Origin: Narcine bancroftii
Taxonomy: Eukaryota
Direction of reading: 5' to 3'
DNA length: 64,000 nt
NCBI RefSeq assembly: GCF_036971445.1
Contig: NC_091475.1
Coordinates: forward strand, 13,888,001 to 13,952,000
The notes beneath the pieces were generated by a model that had not been told where the DNA came from, searched no databases, and saw nothing but the letters and a program-made list of their open reading frames with translations. Of the stretch, positions 1 through 13,012 are shown in pieces. The position numbers and the translations under genes are program-made. How positions within the stretch are numbered: position 1 is the first letter of the stretch; every line of letters begins with the position of its first letter.

Positions 1-302
1 CGTAGGTGGTGCCGGTAGAGGACCCATGATTCGGAGCCGAACAGGAGTGTGGGTATGACAACGGCTCTGTATACGCTTATCTTTGTGAGGTTTTTCAGTT
101 GGTTGTTTTTCCAGACTCTTTTGTGTAGTCTTCCAAAGGCGCTATTTGCCTTGGCGAGTCTGTTGTCTATCTCATTGTCGATCCTTGCATCTGATGAAAT
201 GGTGCAGCCGAGATAGGTAAACTGGTTGACCGTTTTGAGTTTTGTGTGCCCGATGGAGATGTGGGGGGGCTGGTAGTCATGGTGGGGAGCTGGCTGATGG
301 AG
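1..302 (-). mobile_element. RTE-clade LINE, 5'-truncated ORF2 fragment (continues beyond window start)
   Basis: Minus strand reads without stops LHQPAPHHDYQPPHISIGHTKLKTVNQFTYLGCTISSDARIDNEIDNRLAKANSAFGRLHKRVWKN...LLFGSESW, typical of the RTE RT C-terminal/thumb region; CpGs intact, so probably young. Confidence 0.85.
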
Positions 303-563
303 AATCAGATACACACAAAGATAAAGACTACAATAGGCTTTAATCCACAAAGACTTTCATAGAGCCAGGGTGGCTGTGGCTGCAGCTACTCTGAGTGAGG
401 CCTCCGGCAGTTTATATCCAGGAGGGTGATTGGCACCCGACCGGGTGGAGCTTGATCCATTCAGGCCGACTGATTGACAGCTGGCCAGGTGTTGTCCTGT
501 CCCCTTACACTCCTGCAGGTACAGAGGTTTCCCCCTGCAGTAGGTCAGTGGTGTACGATCACA
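303..563 (-). mobile_element. Solo LTR (same family as 4267-4544), one end cut by the RTE insertion
   Basis: High similarity to 4285-4544; ends in ...CACA; ATTAAA and TATA-like motifs on the minus strand. Confidence 0.7.
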
Positions 564-3500
564 ATGTAGATTTAGGCCAAGATGTAAGAAAAAAAAAGGC
601 GAGATGCAGGGAGACGTCTTTTCATCTTGAGTAGCAAGTCCTGGAATACACTGCCTTAGAGAGCTATCAGCATTTAAGAAGTGTCTAACTTTGCTCTTAA
701 ATTGATTGGGCAGAAGGCCAAATGCTTAGGAATTATACAAATGGGTTTGACGTTGGACATAGAGAAAAGAATGGTATATTTTCATTCTCTATTTCATGGC
801 TCGAAATACACCGTAAATTTATTCTCCACTCTATTATCATTAACTTGGTTTGCCCAAACTGTACATTGATTAAATTCCCCAATAACTATTGTAATTCCAT
901 TATTCAAAGTAAATTTAATTTCCTAATTATTTTGTGCCCTACATTAAGTCATGTCAAGTTTATTATCTTTTGATTGCACAAGTACACCCTGATGAAACAG
1001 TGTTCTCATTAATACTATTCTGAGGGAATCTGTACACAACACTCTCCGATAATTTTTTCCACTTCAATTGATTCTGTATCTTAACTTCCGGAGCTTTGAT
1101 CCTTTGACTCCAGCCTTTATCCCATGATCTTTGACCAGGACTACTACTCTCCCTTTTCTATTTTGCCCTTCTGTTTCAAAGGTTAATTCCAAACCTTGGT
1201 CACTTTACAACCATATTTCTGTAATGGCTTTTGGATCATTGATTCAACTGTCTTGCTATGAATACCCTGCTCTAATTTTAATTGGAGCTGTATTCGAGTG
1301 TTTTCTCCTTTCCTGATAGACTTTAGTTCAAATTTATTATCATTTGACTGTATATATAGAACCAGACAAAACAGCATTTCTCTGGGCATACATATACACA
1401 CTATACAGCACATGAAAATCACATATATCCATGCAGACATAATTTAAAATGAATAGCACAATATTAATTAGTTATCATTACCCCATTTTATATCTGTTAC
1501 ATTAGGCTTTCTTTCTAACTTCACAATTTTTCCTTCACCAATTTACCTCCCTCACTCTTTAATTTAAAGCCTCATATTTTGATTTGTAGGAGATCAGTCC
1601 CAACTTTACTCGAGCAAATCCTCTCCCAAGTGTTCCGCTTTGTCCCATCACTGGTGGTAGTGTTCCATGAATTGAAATCCACTTCTCCTGCATTAAACTC
1701 TGAGACACTGTCTGACGTTATTGAGCATGCAGCTCAAATATTAAGACAGAGATTGCTATCTTCATGTTCTTCACTTGGATGATATTTCCCCCGCCCCCCA
1801 CCCCACCCCACCCTCATTGGAATTTCCTGTATCTTTTTGACATCCACATGGACCAAGACAACTGGCCCTTTCTCTTTCTAACTTGACATATCGTAACTGT
1901 TTGCAAAGAATCTGTGCATGTGGTTGTACTGACCTCTATTGCTCAATTTTCCCTTTCGTTCTCCCACTTGTTCAACCAAATTGCAACCAGTGTATACGCC
2001 ATGCACTTTCTGCTGACATCCACATAGACCACAGGAATAGCTCAAGAGCTTGATAATGCAAAGGCGGAGATTCCTTCAGTGCTACCTGCTGAATACCTAT
2101 TACTGCCTCACTCATTTTCATGTCCACCTGAACCTTGAGTGACTAGCAACCCACGACTTAATCTCAGGTGCACGGCATACTCTCAAAACAAATTGTCCAA
2201 TTAACGTACTCCCCACCTGGTGCATTTATGCATCTGAATCAAAGAACTCTTGAGTTGCAAGCACTTAATGCAGATATAATGATCACAATGGTTTATATCA
2301 ACTGCCACCACTACAAAGGTAACATATTATTTGCCCTGTCACACCTTCCTTAATTTTTGTGCATTTAATTCATGAATATCATTTATTTAATTATTTAAAT
2401 AGAGTTTCATTATTGCTCACACATGACTGAATTTTACAATTCATAGGCAGTACACACTGTGTTAGTAGAACCATATACTTACATTCCCAGGTGCCACAAG
2501 CATTGAGTCAGCTGATTTTAGTTAACTAGCTCAAGCTGGTTACTCAATTAACTGGGAGACTAGCAGGCTCCAGGCTATTTGTCTACCCCTTCATTGTTAT
2601 CCATTACAACTGAAAACTACACATTTAAGAAAATCTAACATTAAACCTTGACTGTCAAATGAAATCACTCAATGGCTCACCAAAGTCTACGATTCATAGA
2701 CACTGTATATAAGAGACGTTGCACAAGGTTAGATACAATATGCTGGGCCTCAGCAAAACCCGCAGACTTATTTTCACAGACACCTTTCCCAGGCACACAC
2801 CAGCCTGTCTTGGAGAAATATCCTTATTTATTCAATGCTGCTAGATGCAAATTCTGGAAACGTCTGAAGCCAACAAGGTGTTAAGAGTGCCTTTACCAGA
2901 AAGGCTGACACGGCTCAAGAAGGCTCGTTGCCATCTGCTCAAGGGCAAATAGAGATTGAAAATAATGCTTGTCCTGCCAAGAACATTGAATCCCATAAAT
3001 TAATTTGAAAATAAGTCCATACCAACACAGATAAATTATTGCCAGATGAAGTGCTTCCAAGTGATGTTGATTAAGAATTAACATTAGCCCCATGGTAACA
3101 ATCCTGCTGTTCAGTAACATCGTGTCAATGTGTCTTTCACATCTGGGATGTTAAAAAGCCTCAATTTGGCCAAAACTGGTGTGATTATCAAAGCACTGTA
3201 TTGATTATTGATTTATCTGTGTATGCCATTAGATATACTGTGCCACATTCAGACTTCCTGTCTTGAAATTGTTTCCAATTTTGGTCATTAGTTGTTGTCC
3301 AATTACAAGTTACCTTTAAACCTGATCTTACATAAGTGCAGTACTTTCAGCCACCATCAGTCGCTCATTCAGCCAACCAAAAATCCCAAATGCCGGAAAC
3401 CTAATACAAGAACAATGTGGTGACACCAAGTTAATCGGCATGTGAAACAGAAAGCTAGGATATCCCCTTGGCCTTGAGCCTTCTACAAAACTGAAATTGT

Positions 3501-3789
3501 CAGTCTGGGAATCTTCTAAAACAGCCCCACCGGGGCACACCACAACTTGTTTGAGAAAGCAAAGCTTGCATTCTTGGACATGTCTTGACTTGTATCAAGG
3601 ACTACATCTGAACTGTACTACTTGCAATGAAGTTTCAAACAGTGTTTCTTCGATCTTCTGATGCAAATTCACCTCCTCGTCTTTTCCGAATACTGACCAC
3701 TTTTAGCATCCATGCATGTTATTACTTGGCAGGAATGCTCTCACGGTGAGTTATTTTTGAAAGTCAACTATTTTAACGTAACTGGTAGG

Positions 3790-3960
3790 ATCCTTGTCGC
3801 AGGTGTCAGAAAATTATAGCTTCAAGCCCCGTTCCAGAACTTGAAAATACAATCTGAGCTTTCAGTGCAGTTCATTACTGAGAAAGTGTGTGAGAGATAC
3901 TGGGTGAGATTTTGAATCAAGGGTCCAAAGTGGCTGAGAGATTTACAATATCTCTTGGGG
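3790..3960 (+). mobile_element. Degenerate Deu-domain (SacSINE1/AmnSINE-like) SINE remnant
   Basis: gtcagaa...ttcaagcccc..ccagaacttga...cagtgcag..actgag pattern resembles the Deu-SINE consensus. Confidence 0.45.
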
Positions 3961-4135
3961 AAATATCAAAAGCAGATGAAAGGAATTCTGGTGTATGGCG
4001 ATGCATTGGAAAGGTTTGATGATGATCCCTTCGGCTATCAGGAAAAAAGGGATCATTGAATATTGCTTATGAGGTAATTTTTAAATAATTAAGAGATGAC
4101 TGTGGAACGAGTTTTATAAAAAAAAGATTTGAGAC

Positions 4136-5330
4136 AAATTGGTCGCCTGTTACAGGAAGGATGTGAAGGCTTTGGAAACGGTACAGAAGAGAGTTATCAG
4201 GATGTTGCCTGGATTAGAGGGCACTATGGGGAGAGCTTGGACAAATGGGTTGTTTATTTCTGAAGCTGTGGTGCGCTGTTAGACAGAATCAGACACACAC
4301 AAGGTAAAGACTGTACAACAGGCTTTAATCCACAAAGACTTCCATAGAGCCAGGCTGGCTTTGGTTGCAGCTACTCTGAGTGAGGCCTCAGGAGTCCAGC
4401 GCAGGCTTATATCCCGGAGGGTGATTGACACCCGACCAGGTAGGGCTTGATCCATTCAAGCTGACTAATTGACAGCCGGCCAGGTGTTGTCCTGTCCCCT
4501 TAAATTCCTGCAGGTACAGAGGTTGGCCCCTGTGTACCACCGCAGAAGTGCCGGAGGCTGAGGGGTGAGGGGAAGGGGAGGGGAGCCCTACTAGAAGTTA
4601 ATCGAATTCTGAGAGGCATTGCAGGGGAGAGACAGTCAGAAACTCTTTCCCAGGTTAAAAATGGCATCTATTAGAGGACAGACATTGAAGGTGAGTGGGG
4701 AAAGTTTAAAGGAGATCTTTTTTTTCCCAAATTTTATTTTATTGGCACATGTAAGAAAATTGCACACGGAACCAAAAATTCTATATATCAAAATCAACAT
4801 TCAGAAAATCCCCCAAAGAAAGTGAGAAAAAAAAGAAGAAAGAAAAAAAAAATAGACTAATTAAAAAAAAAATACTGGATATTACCTTATGTATAAATTA
4901 TAACCTAATTATTCTAACACTTATGTTATTTATATTTAAATATAAAGTATATAGTAAAATAAAACACTACTGTGTAATACATAGCACAATCAAAATCTAA
5001 GTATATTTATATATATGTATTAAAAAAAACATACAAATCTAATAGAGTAAAATAAAATGAGATACATTAAGGTGAGGCTGGGGAGTGACAAAGTTTAAAA
5101 GAGACCTTGTGGGGCAAGTTCTTTTACACAGAAAGTGGTAGGTGCCTGGAACAGGCTGCTAGGAGTACCGGTGAAAGAATATATAAAAGTCATGTTTAAA
5201 GATATGTGAATACATACGCAATAGAGGGGAATATATCAGATGCAAGCAGCTGAGATTTTGTTTGGTTTGGACATCATCTTCATTGCCGACCTTGAAGGTC
5301 GATTGAAGGTTCTTGTGCTGTATTGTCCTT
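4136..5330 (+). mobile_element. Old CR1 LINE 3' remnant, interrupted by a solo LTR (4267-4544) and an AT-rich insertion (~4718-5065)
   Basis: aggaaggatgtgaaggctttggaaacggtacagaagagagttatcaggatgttgcctggattagag and ttttacacagaaagtggtaggtgcctggaac match CR1 ORF2 C-terminal sequence, as at 9930-10270. Confidence 0.75.
4267..4544 (-). mobile_element. Solo LTR, ~278 bp
   Basis: TG...CA termini; 5-bp TSD gaagc/gaagt; poly(A) signal and TATA-like motif on the minus strand; related copies at 303-563 and 22592-22876. Confidence 0.75.
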
Positions 5331-6927
5331 TTTTTAAAAAATTTTCTATGTCACACAAATAACTGGAGTCACATGAGTGACTGCAAATGCTGGAATCTGG
5401 AGCAAAGGCTGGAGGAACTCAAGGAATGGCCAGCATTTCGGGTCAGAACCCAACCCAGAATGCTGATCGTTCCTGTTTGCTCACTGATGCTGCCCGCCCC
5501 ACTGTATTCCACCAGTAGCTTGTTTTTTGTCGCAACGAGCTAGGTTAGAAATGAGTTATGGATTCTATAGAAATGGAATTTTTTTTATTGCCTTGCTCTA
5601 GGTTAGTGACATTTGAGGGTGAGTGAGTGTAGCACTTCAACTGGATCACTTCCTTGTTTAAAAAAAAATCATGATACACAAGAAGTGCTTCAGAAATAAT
5701 AATCAAATTTATAAAGAACGGGATACGCTGGGTTTGAAATTGAAATAGAAAATGCTGGAAATAGTCAGCAGGCCAAACAGCATCTGTGGAAAGAGAAACA
5801 TGTTAACGTATCAGGTCAAAGACCCTTGCAGTCTCCAAAACGGTGTCCCCTAGAAGAACGTGAGGAAAATAACGATGTCCTTGCTCGTTTCCAACTGATC
5901 TCTCTCTGTAAATCTTTAACTCTGCACTCTGGGCTGTGTTTTTACAGTACATGGGTTGAGTTGAACAGCTCATTAAGCACATTTTTTCGCTATACCTCAA
6001 TATACATAACAGTGAACTTGAATTTAATACAACAGGCAAAGTACTCACCTTCAAATCCGACAGCCCACAGCATGCAGATATCCCTGTATCAAGATTTGGC
6101 CCAAATTGTAACGCAGGTACCCGTCCTTGGAGAGCCCAAATTTTGTCCCAAGCCCCAGAGGCATATTTTCACTCAGTTATATAACTTCCCATGTGTCTAG
6201 TCAAACCTTACAGCTTAAAGGGTATGTATGTAGAGCTCATGTAGCACTCTTGGCATCCCAGATTAGCTCCATTCAATTTTCTGGATTCGATCACAATGTC
6301 GGAAACCAGCAGACCTCTCTTATGCTGTGATTAGTAGAATATACACCATTCTCAGCATATAATTGTTCCTTGGGTTTGGGGGAAGTTGGTGTTGCTTCAA
6401 ATTAGTATCCTAATGGCATGGAGAATCACTGAAGGTCTTCCATGGTGATGGTACCTGTGGCTGGTCCCTACATGATAAATGTCAGTTCTCTTTTGTCCTG
6501 AACAAGCTGGGTATTTTTAATAAAAAATAGTAATGAAGTATTTTTATAATCACAGATTCAAAATAATATTAGTGTACATGTGTACATTTTCTTTCCAATT
6601 ATCTTTTTTTTCCTGCTGTTATCAGACTCCTGAATGAAACTCAAACGAATAAAATTATGTTACACAAGAAAATCTCCAGAAGCTGGGTTGAGTGAGTAAA
6701 ATTATGTTCCCTTTGCTCTTTACCAACTGATCTCTCCCTGCACTTTTGAACTGTGTCTAACTTACGGTACTATGTATGTGTGCCTTCCTGGAATGCTTGC
6801 CAACCAAACTTTAGCACTGCATCCCGGAACATAAGGTAATACCATTTGCATGGGACTTTTCTATTTTGGAAATAAAATTAACCAATTTAATTTAATTGCT
6901 TAATGGCCTAGATAAAACAAAGATATA

Positions 6928-7770
6928 CAGTGCCCTCCATAATGTTTGATACAGACAGGTTTTTTTTCCTTTATTTGTCCCTGTGCTCCACAGTTCTAAA
7001 TTTGTAATCAAAAAATTCACATGTAATTAAGTAAAGTATAAAAGTCTGCAGACACCATGGTTGAAGTAAAAAAAAAACAATAATGCTGGAGAAACCCAGC
7101 AGGTCAAACAGTGACCTTTATATAGCAACGGTAAAGATACAGAACCAACATTTCAGGCTTCAGCCCTTCATCAAGATATAACACAAAGAAGGGCTGAAGC
7201 CTGAAATGTTGGTTCTGTATCTTTACTGTTGCTATATAAAGGTCACTGTATGACCTGCTGGGTTTCTCCAGCATTGTGTTTTAACATGTAGTTAAAGTGC
7301 ACATTCCAAATTTTATTCAAGGTTATTTGTAATTATTTTGGTTTGACCATGTAGAAAATACAGCACTTTATAATTACCTGGTCCCCTCAACTCAGGGGCC
7401 ACTCATAATGTTCGCGTTTCTGGTCCTGATGCTGAAAAATGGCAACTACCGACTCCAAAGGTGATCGAGAGTTTCGAAGCCAGCCCAGGTCTCTTACACC
7501 AACGAAGCAATTAAACATCCCTGAGTACTCACAAACACTTGTGAAGCCAAATGTCCCAAACATTATGGTGGCCTGGAATAAGGGGACAATGTATAAAATG
7601 TGCTCTAAGATCTATATGGTCAACCCAAAATGTATACACATAACTTTGAATAAAATCTGGAATGTGCACTTTAATTACATGTGAACTGTTTGATTACAAA
7701 TTTAAAACTGTAGCGCACAGGGGCAAATAAAGGGAAAAAATTGTCTTGGTCCCAAACATGGAATGCACTG
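6928..7770. mobile_element. Tc1/mariner-type non-autonomous element with long (~200 bp) imperfect TIRs, interrupted by a Penelope-derived hairpin
   Basis: Starts TA|CAGTG, ends CACTG; left arm (ctttatttgtccctgtgctccacagttctaaatttgtaatcaaa...cacatgtaattaa) is the reverse complement of 7670-7740. Confidence 0.8.
7031..7283. mobile_element. Penelope-derived inverted-repeat insertion (88-bp arms, 18-nt loop)
   Basis: Arms 7082-7169 and 7188-7275 match at 86/88; flanked by a 12-bp TSD acatgtaattaa/acatgtagttaa; arm sequence equals the 3' end of the GIY-YIG-coding copies at 13390-13989 and 32935-33570. Confidence 0.8.
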
Positions 7771-8026
7771 TGGACCATTGAATGGCAGATAAATGTTTAA
7801 CTCATTGAAATGACAATATAAAAAGCAGTAATTTCTATCTTTGACAGTTGTTTACTACTTAAGACAAAAAGCATCCTTTCCTTTAAGCTGGCCTCATCTT
7901 TTCAAATTGAATTACCTATGGACTGATTAAATACTGTCATAACAATTTCCCTCAGTTGTACAGAAACCACTCCAGATTCATTCCATTCGTTCCCTTTATA
8001 AAACACTTGCCATTTTCTACTTTATT

Positions 8027-11000
8027 TGTTATGAGCCCAGAGGACCCCAAAACCCAGCAGCAATAGATATTGGTTACTTAGACAAATGGTTACTTAAACA
8101 AAAGTTAATTTTAATTATCTTTAAACATGAAAACAGAATTACACTTTACCTTATAACTATTAACTTACTTTACCTAACTTAAAAGAAAGGAAGTCGGAAG
8201 CATCTGTGCTGCAGTTAAATAAAGGGGATTATGCAGCTATGAGGGAGGAGCTAGCCAAAATAAAATGGATAGATACACTAGCTGGGAGGACAACTGGGGA
8301 AAAATGGAAGGTATTTTTGGACATTTTTCACAGGTTTCAGGACAAATTTATTCCAAAGTGGAGGAAAGGCTCTAGGAGATGCAAATGGCAGCTGTGGCTA
8401 ACTAATGAAATCAAGTGTAATATCAAATCCAAAGGGAGTAAGTATAGGATAGCGAAGCGGAGTGGGAAGTTAGAGGATTGGGAAACCTTCAAAGAGCATC
8501 AGAAGGTAACTAAGAAAGTCATAAGAGAGGGGAAAATGAAGTACGAGAGGAAATTAGCAAATAATATAATGGAGGATAGCAAAAGCTTTTTTAAATATGT
8601 GAAGAGGAAGAAATTGGTTCGGTCTAAAATTGGTCCATTAAGAATGGAAAAGGGTGACATTATTACCGGAAACAAGGAGATGGCTGAGGAATTTAACAAA
8701 TACTTTGCAACTGTCTTCACCAAGGAGGATATAGGTTATGGTCAGTTAGGGGGTAGTGGTCATGCGGTATCAAGAGACTTGGGGAACTTTCCTGGGGAAG
8801 TAGGGGATCTAATGGATATCCGGATCCAGAAATAGGAGGTTGTGAGTGAATTGTTGGGACTGAGGGCTGATAAATCCCCAGGGCCTGATGGGCTGCATCC
8901 CAGGGTGCTTAAAGAAGTTGCTATGGAAATTGTGGAAGCACTGGTCGACATTTTCCAAAGTTCCATAGATTCGGGGGAGGTCCCTGAGGATTGGAGAGTG
9001 GCTGATGTGGTGCCGATTTTTAAGAAGGGAGGGAGGGAGAAAACGGGAAATTATAGACCGGTCAGCCTGATGTCAGTGGTGTAGAAGATATTGGAGTCTA
9101 TCATAAAAGGAGTAATAGCAGAACACTTAGGCAGAAATAATAGTATAAGGGCTAGTCAGCATGGATTCCTTAAGGGTAAGTCATGCTTGACTAACCTTCT
9201 GGAATTTTTCGAGGATGTGACAAAGAGGGTGAACTTGGGAGAGCCTGTGGATGTGGTGTATTTGGACTTCCAGAAGGCCTTTGATAAGGTACCGCACGGG
9301 AGACTAGTGGGCAAGATCAGGGAGCATGGTATTGGAGGTAAGGTGCTGACATGGATAGGAAATTGGTTAAGAAATAGGAAACAAAGGGTTGGGGTGAGCA
9401 GGTCTTTTTCAGGATGGCAGGATGTGACGAGTGGAGTGCCGCAGGGATCGGTATTGGGTCCTCAGTTGTTTGTAATTTATGTAAATGATTTGGATGAGGG
9501 GATTATTAATAACTTGAGCAAATTTGCAGATGACACGAAACTGGGTGGCGGTGTGGGGTGTGAGGAGGATGTCAGGAAAATGCAGAGGGACTTGGACAGG
9601 TTGGGGGAGTGGGCTGCTGAATGGAAGATGACGTTCAATGTAAGCAAATGTGAGGTTATCCATTTTGGGGGCAATAATAGGAAAGCTGAGTATTATTTAA
9701 ATGGAGACAAGCTAGGGAGTGGGGAGGAGCAAATGGATCTGGGAGTACTTGTTCACCGGTCACTGAAGACTAGCATGCAGGTTCAGAAAGCTATGAAGAA
9801 GGCAAATGGCATGTTGGCTTTCATAAAGAGGGGATTGGAGTATAGGAACAGAGATGCCCTTCTGCAGTTGTACAGGGCCCTGGTGAGACCCCACCTGGAG
9901 TATTGCGTCCAGTTCTGGTCTCCAATTTTGAGGAAGGACATACTAGCTATAGAGGGTGTGCAGCGCAGATTTACAAGGTTAGTTCCAGGGATGGCGGGGT
10001 TGACATATGCTGAAAGGCTAGAAAAACTGGACTTGTATCCGATGGAGTTTAGAAGGATGAGAGGGGACATGATTGAGGTATACAAAATCATCAGGGGGAT
10101 AGACAGGGTGAAGTCTGATTACTTGTTCCCAATGATGGGGGAGACGAGGACTAGAGGGCATAGTTTAAGAATACAGGGTAGGCCCTTTAGGACGGAGATG
10201 AGAAAACATTTTTTTTACCCAGAGAAGTGTGAATCTGTGGAATGCTCTGCCACAGAGGGTGGTAGAGGCAGATTTGCTGATTATGTTCAAAAGAGAGTTA
10301 GATAAGACTCTAGTGGGCAAAGGAGTTAAGGGTTATGGGGATAAGGCTGGAAAGGGGTACTGATGGTAGTGATCAGCCATGATCTGTAAAATGGTGGTGC
10401 TGGCTCGACGGGCCGAAGGGCCTACTCCAGCTCCTATTGTCTATTGTCTATAAATGCACATGTATGGAATGTGTGTGTAAGTTCAGAAAAGTTCTTTGGT
10501 TCACAGTCCAATCTCACTTCTCATTTCTTCAAGTTCACTGGTTGCAGGCAATTCTTATACTGTGCACAAAATTTAACATGTATAAAGTTCACCAGGCTTT
10601 GGTGCTCGAAAGGTAAATGGTTACTGCTCAGGAAGGTTCTTGTTAGTTTTTAGAGAGAGATTTGTTGTTCCAGGACATCCACAACTCCACTCCAGTATCT
10701 TGCTGATGAAACTTGCCCCTTCAGGGTTCTTCAGATGATAACCACTTTCTTTCAGGTCACCACAGAGTTTCTTTTTGTTTCGCTTATTCCAAGTGAAACA
10801 TTAGACAGCCAGTCCTCTCCTCTTGCATGAACCACAAGGGCTTGCCAGCTTGTCCTGTTCCGGTCCCAGCAACACTGTGAAGAGCTCTCTGTGTGTCTCT
10901 CTGTCTTTCTCTCACTCACACACTGAGCCTGAGAGAAAGCCTGTTTGACTCTCTCTGCTTGAAAAACCCCATGACCTTCTTACAACAGCAACACTCTCCT

Positions 11001-11214
11001 GCAGACAATAGCAGCTCCAGTCTGCTCTTTCATCAACAATAATCCATTAGAGACGTCTTTTGAGCACTCTTCAAAGCGCTTGCAAAAAGGTGTGAGAAGC
11101 CACTATGTCTCCAGTATTTCAAATAAGATCTGTTTTAAAGTGTTTGAATGTGACCTACTCTAACAAACCTTTCCCAATTTATCTCCCAAAAGCATTTCTA
11201 TATACTCTGTCACA
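8027..11214. mobile_element. Probable solo LTR (~0.9 kb) split by the CR1 insertion (8027-8181 and 10452-11214)
   Basis: TGTTAT...GTCACA termini, imperfect 4-bp TSD tatt/tact; no coding capacity. Confidence 0.5.
8182..10451 (+). mobile_element. CR1-clade LINE, 5'-truncated, ORF2 reverse transcriptase pseudogene
   Basis: ORFs 8206-8835, 8842-9084 and 9091-10305 share one frame, broken by two TAG stops, with a frameshift at the T-run near 10210; motifs KSPGPDGLHPRVLKE, NYRPVSL, QHGF, YLDFQKAFDKVPH, GVPQGSVLGP, FADD, LVRPHLEYCVQFWSP; 3' microsatellite tail ctattgtctattgtctat. Confidence 0.95.
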
Positions 11215-11833
11215 TACTGAACAGATTCCATTCCAGTTTGTGACCAGAGATACCCAGTAATTAGCACGTTTAAACAAGCTAACAACCATAACAAGTATCA
11301 AGTCACGTCAGTCATTTAATCCAATCTTCTTTGCGCGTTCTCTTTCTGAAAGGAACACTCAGATGAGAAGTGTCTACTCATCATCTGTGTTACATTCCCC
11401 TCTGAAACAGGCATGTTCAGAGCTGCCCGTACACTGAAGGGTGCTGAGAGGCCCCTTCTTAGCAGCATCTTTTATTACAATTGTAGCCTGCAAACATTTT
11501 GCAACTTTATGTTTTCCACTTTATGAATTTCATTCACCTCAAATACTTCATCCATTTTCGTGAAATCGTGCCTTGGAATTTTTACTTCAATTGGACCAAA
11601 TGCCCCTGCTTGCTGTGGATAGACCTGAGGCAAGCAGTATTCTGGGACAAGTTCTAAGTTCACAAAACATTGCCTGTCAGTTGTGCAAGTATTATGGTTA
11701 TGTGTTTGGAGTGACTGCTGGTTCAGCCTGAGTTCTTTCATAGAAGTGCATGAATCTAACTGTCTCGTTTATTTATCACCACATTAATACCAAAGCCATG
11801 AAAATGATGCCTGTGGGCAAACTGGAACCTATG

Positions 11834-11929
11834 AAAAACATAAAAGTCTGTGACAGCAAGGTTAAAGTAAAAGCACAGTGCTGGAGAAACTCAGTTTGAC
11901 TAGATGAGTTTCTCCAGCATTGTGTTTTT
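11834..11929. mobile_element. Minimal Penelope-derived hairpin insertion (96 bp)
   Basis: tgctggagaaactca...tgagtttctccagca inverted repeat; perfect 13-bp TSD actggaacctatg at 11821-11833 and 11930-11942. Confidence 0.8.
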
Positions 11930-12789
11930 ACTGGAACCTATGGCTCAAATTATATGTCCTCTCTGACACCAGCTATCTTTTTATCAGCCTGCCAGAAAAT
12001 TAGAGTGGGGAGGTGAAATGGAGAATGGAGGGTGCAATTAGGGACAAGAATGTACAACCAATCGGTGGCGAGTATTCCACCACTGTCCTGATTTGTGTTC
12101 TGTAAATGGTGAAAAGGCTTTGGCGTATTAGGAGGGGAGTAATTTCCCACAAGATTCCAAGGCTCTGATCTGCATTGGGTGGGGGGTTGGTGGATTATGG
12201 AAAAGCGTATTTTCCAGATGCTTGAGACTCACTCTTACAATATCTAATTAATACACCAGCATTAAGAATAAACAGTTTAAAAGACAAAAGACCGCAAAAT
12301 GAAAAGTAATTTGAAAAATAATCAGTATTGTAATCCTTAATTAAGTAAAGTTTGCTTTAATCAAGTAATTCCTATAAGTGACAAAATGTAAGTGTAAATT
12401 CAAGCTCCAGTCACTGGCGCTGTAATAACATTGCACTAATTGCTATCCTAACCATGTCACCATCATAATTAACCCCTTCCCCAGATTTACAGATAAAGCC
12501 TTGCTTTTTGACTTAATAATAGTCTAATAAAAATAAAGATTCTTACTGAGTAGGGTTAAGGAGACACTTTAAGAGAATAGCATCGGCCAGCTCTTCATCC
12601 TGGGTGACGCCATTTTATTCAAGCACAACTTTACTCAAACAGCTGCCATGAGCAAACCACGACTAAGGCCCTCCGCTGGTTGAATATTTGCTCCCATCTT
12701 CACCAAAGTTTTATGTGTTACTTCAGAGAAGATTTACTTTTGAAATTTTGAAACTTTTGTTTATATGCTTATTTAATCTTATTTATCTA

Positions 12790-13012
12790 TTTCACTCAGA
12801 GGGTGGTGAATTTATGGAATTCTCTGCCACAGGAAGTGATTGAGGCCGGTTCCATAGTTATATTTAAGAGAAAGTTAGATTTAGTACTTGTGACTAGGGG
12901 GATCAGGGGTATAGAGAGGGAGCTGGAACAGGGTACTGAGTGGATGATCAGCCATGATCAAAATGTAGGCTTGAAGGGCCGAATGGCCTACTCCTATTTT
13001 GTATGTTTCTAT
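12790..13012 (+). mobile_element. CR1 3' end fragment
   Basis: RVVNLWNSLPQEVIEAGSI..FKRKLD, followed by the CR1 3'UTR hairpin aagggccgaatggcctactcct and a tail. Confidence 0.85.
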
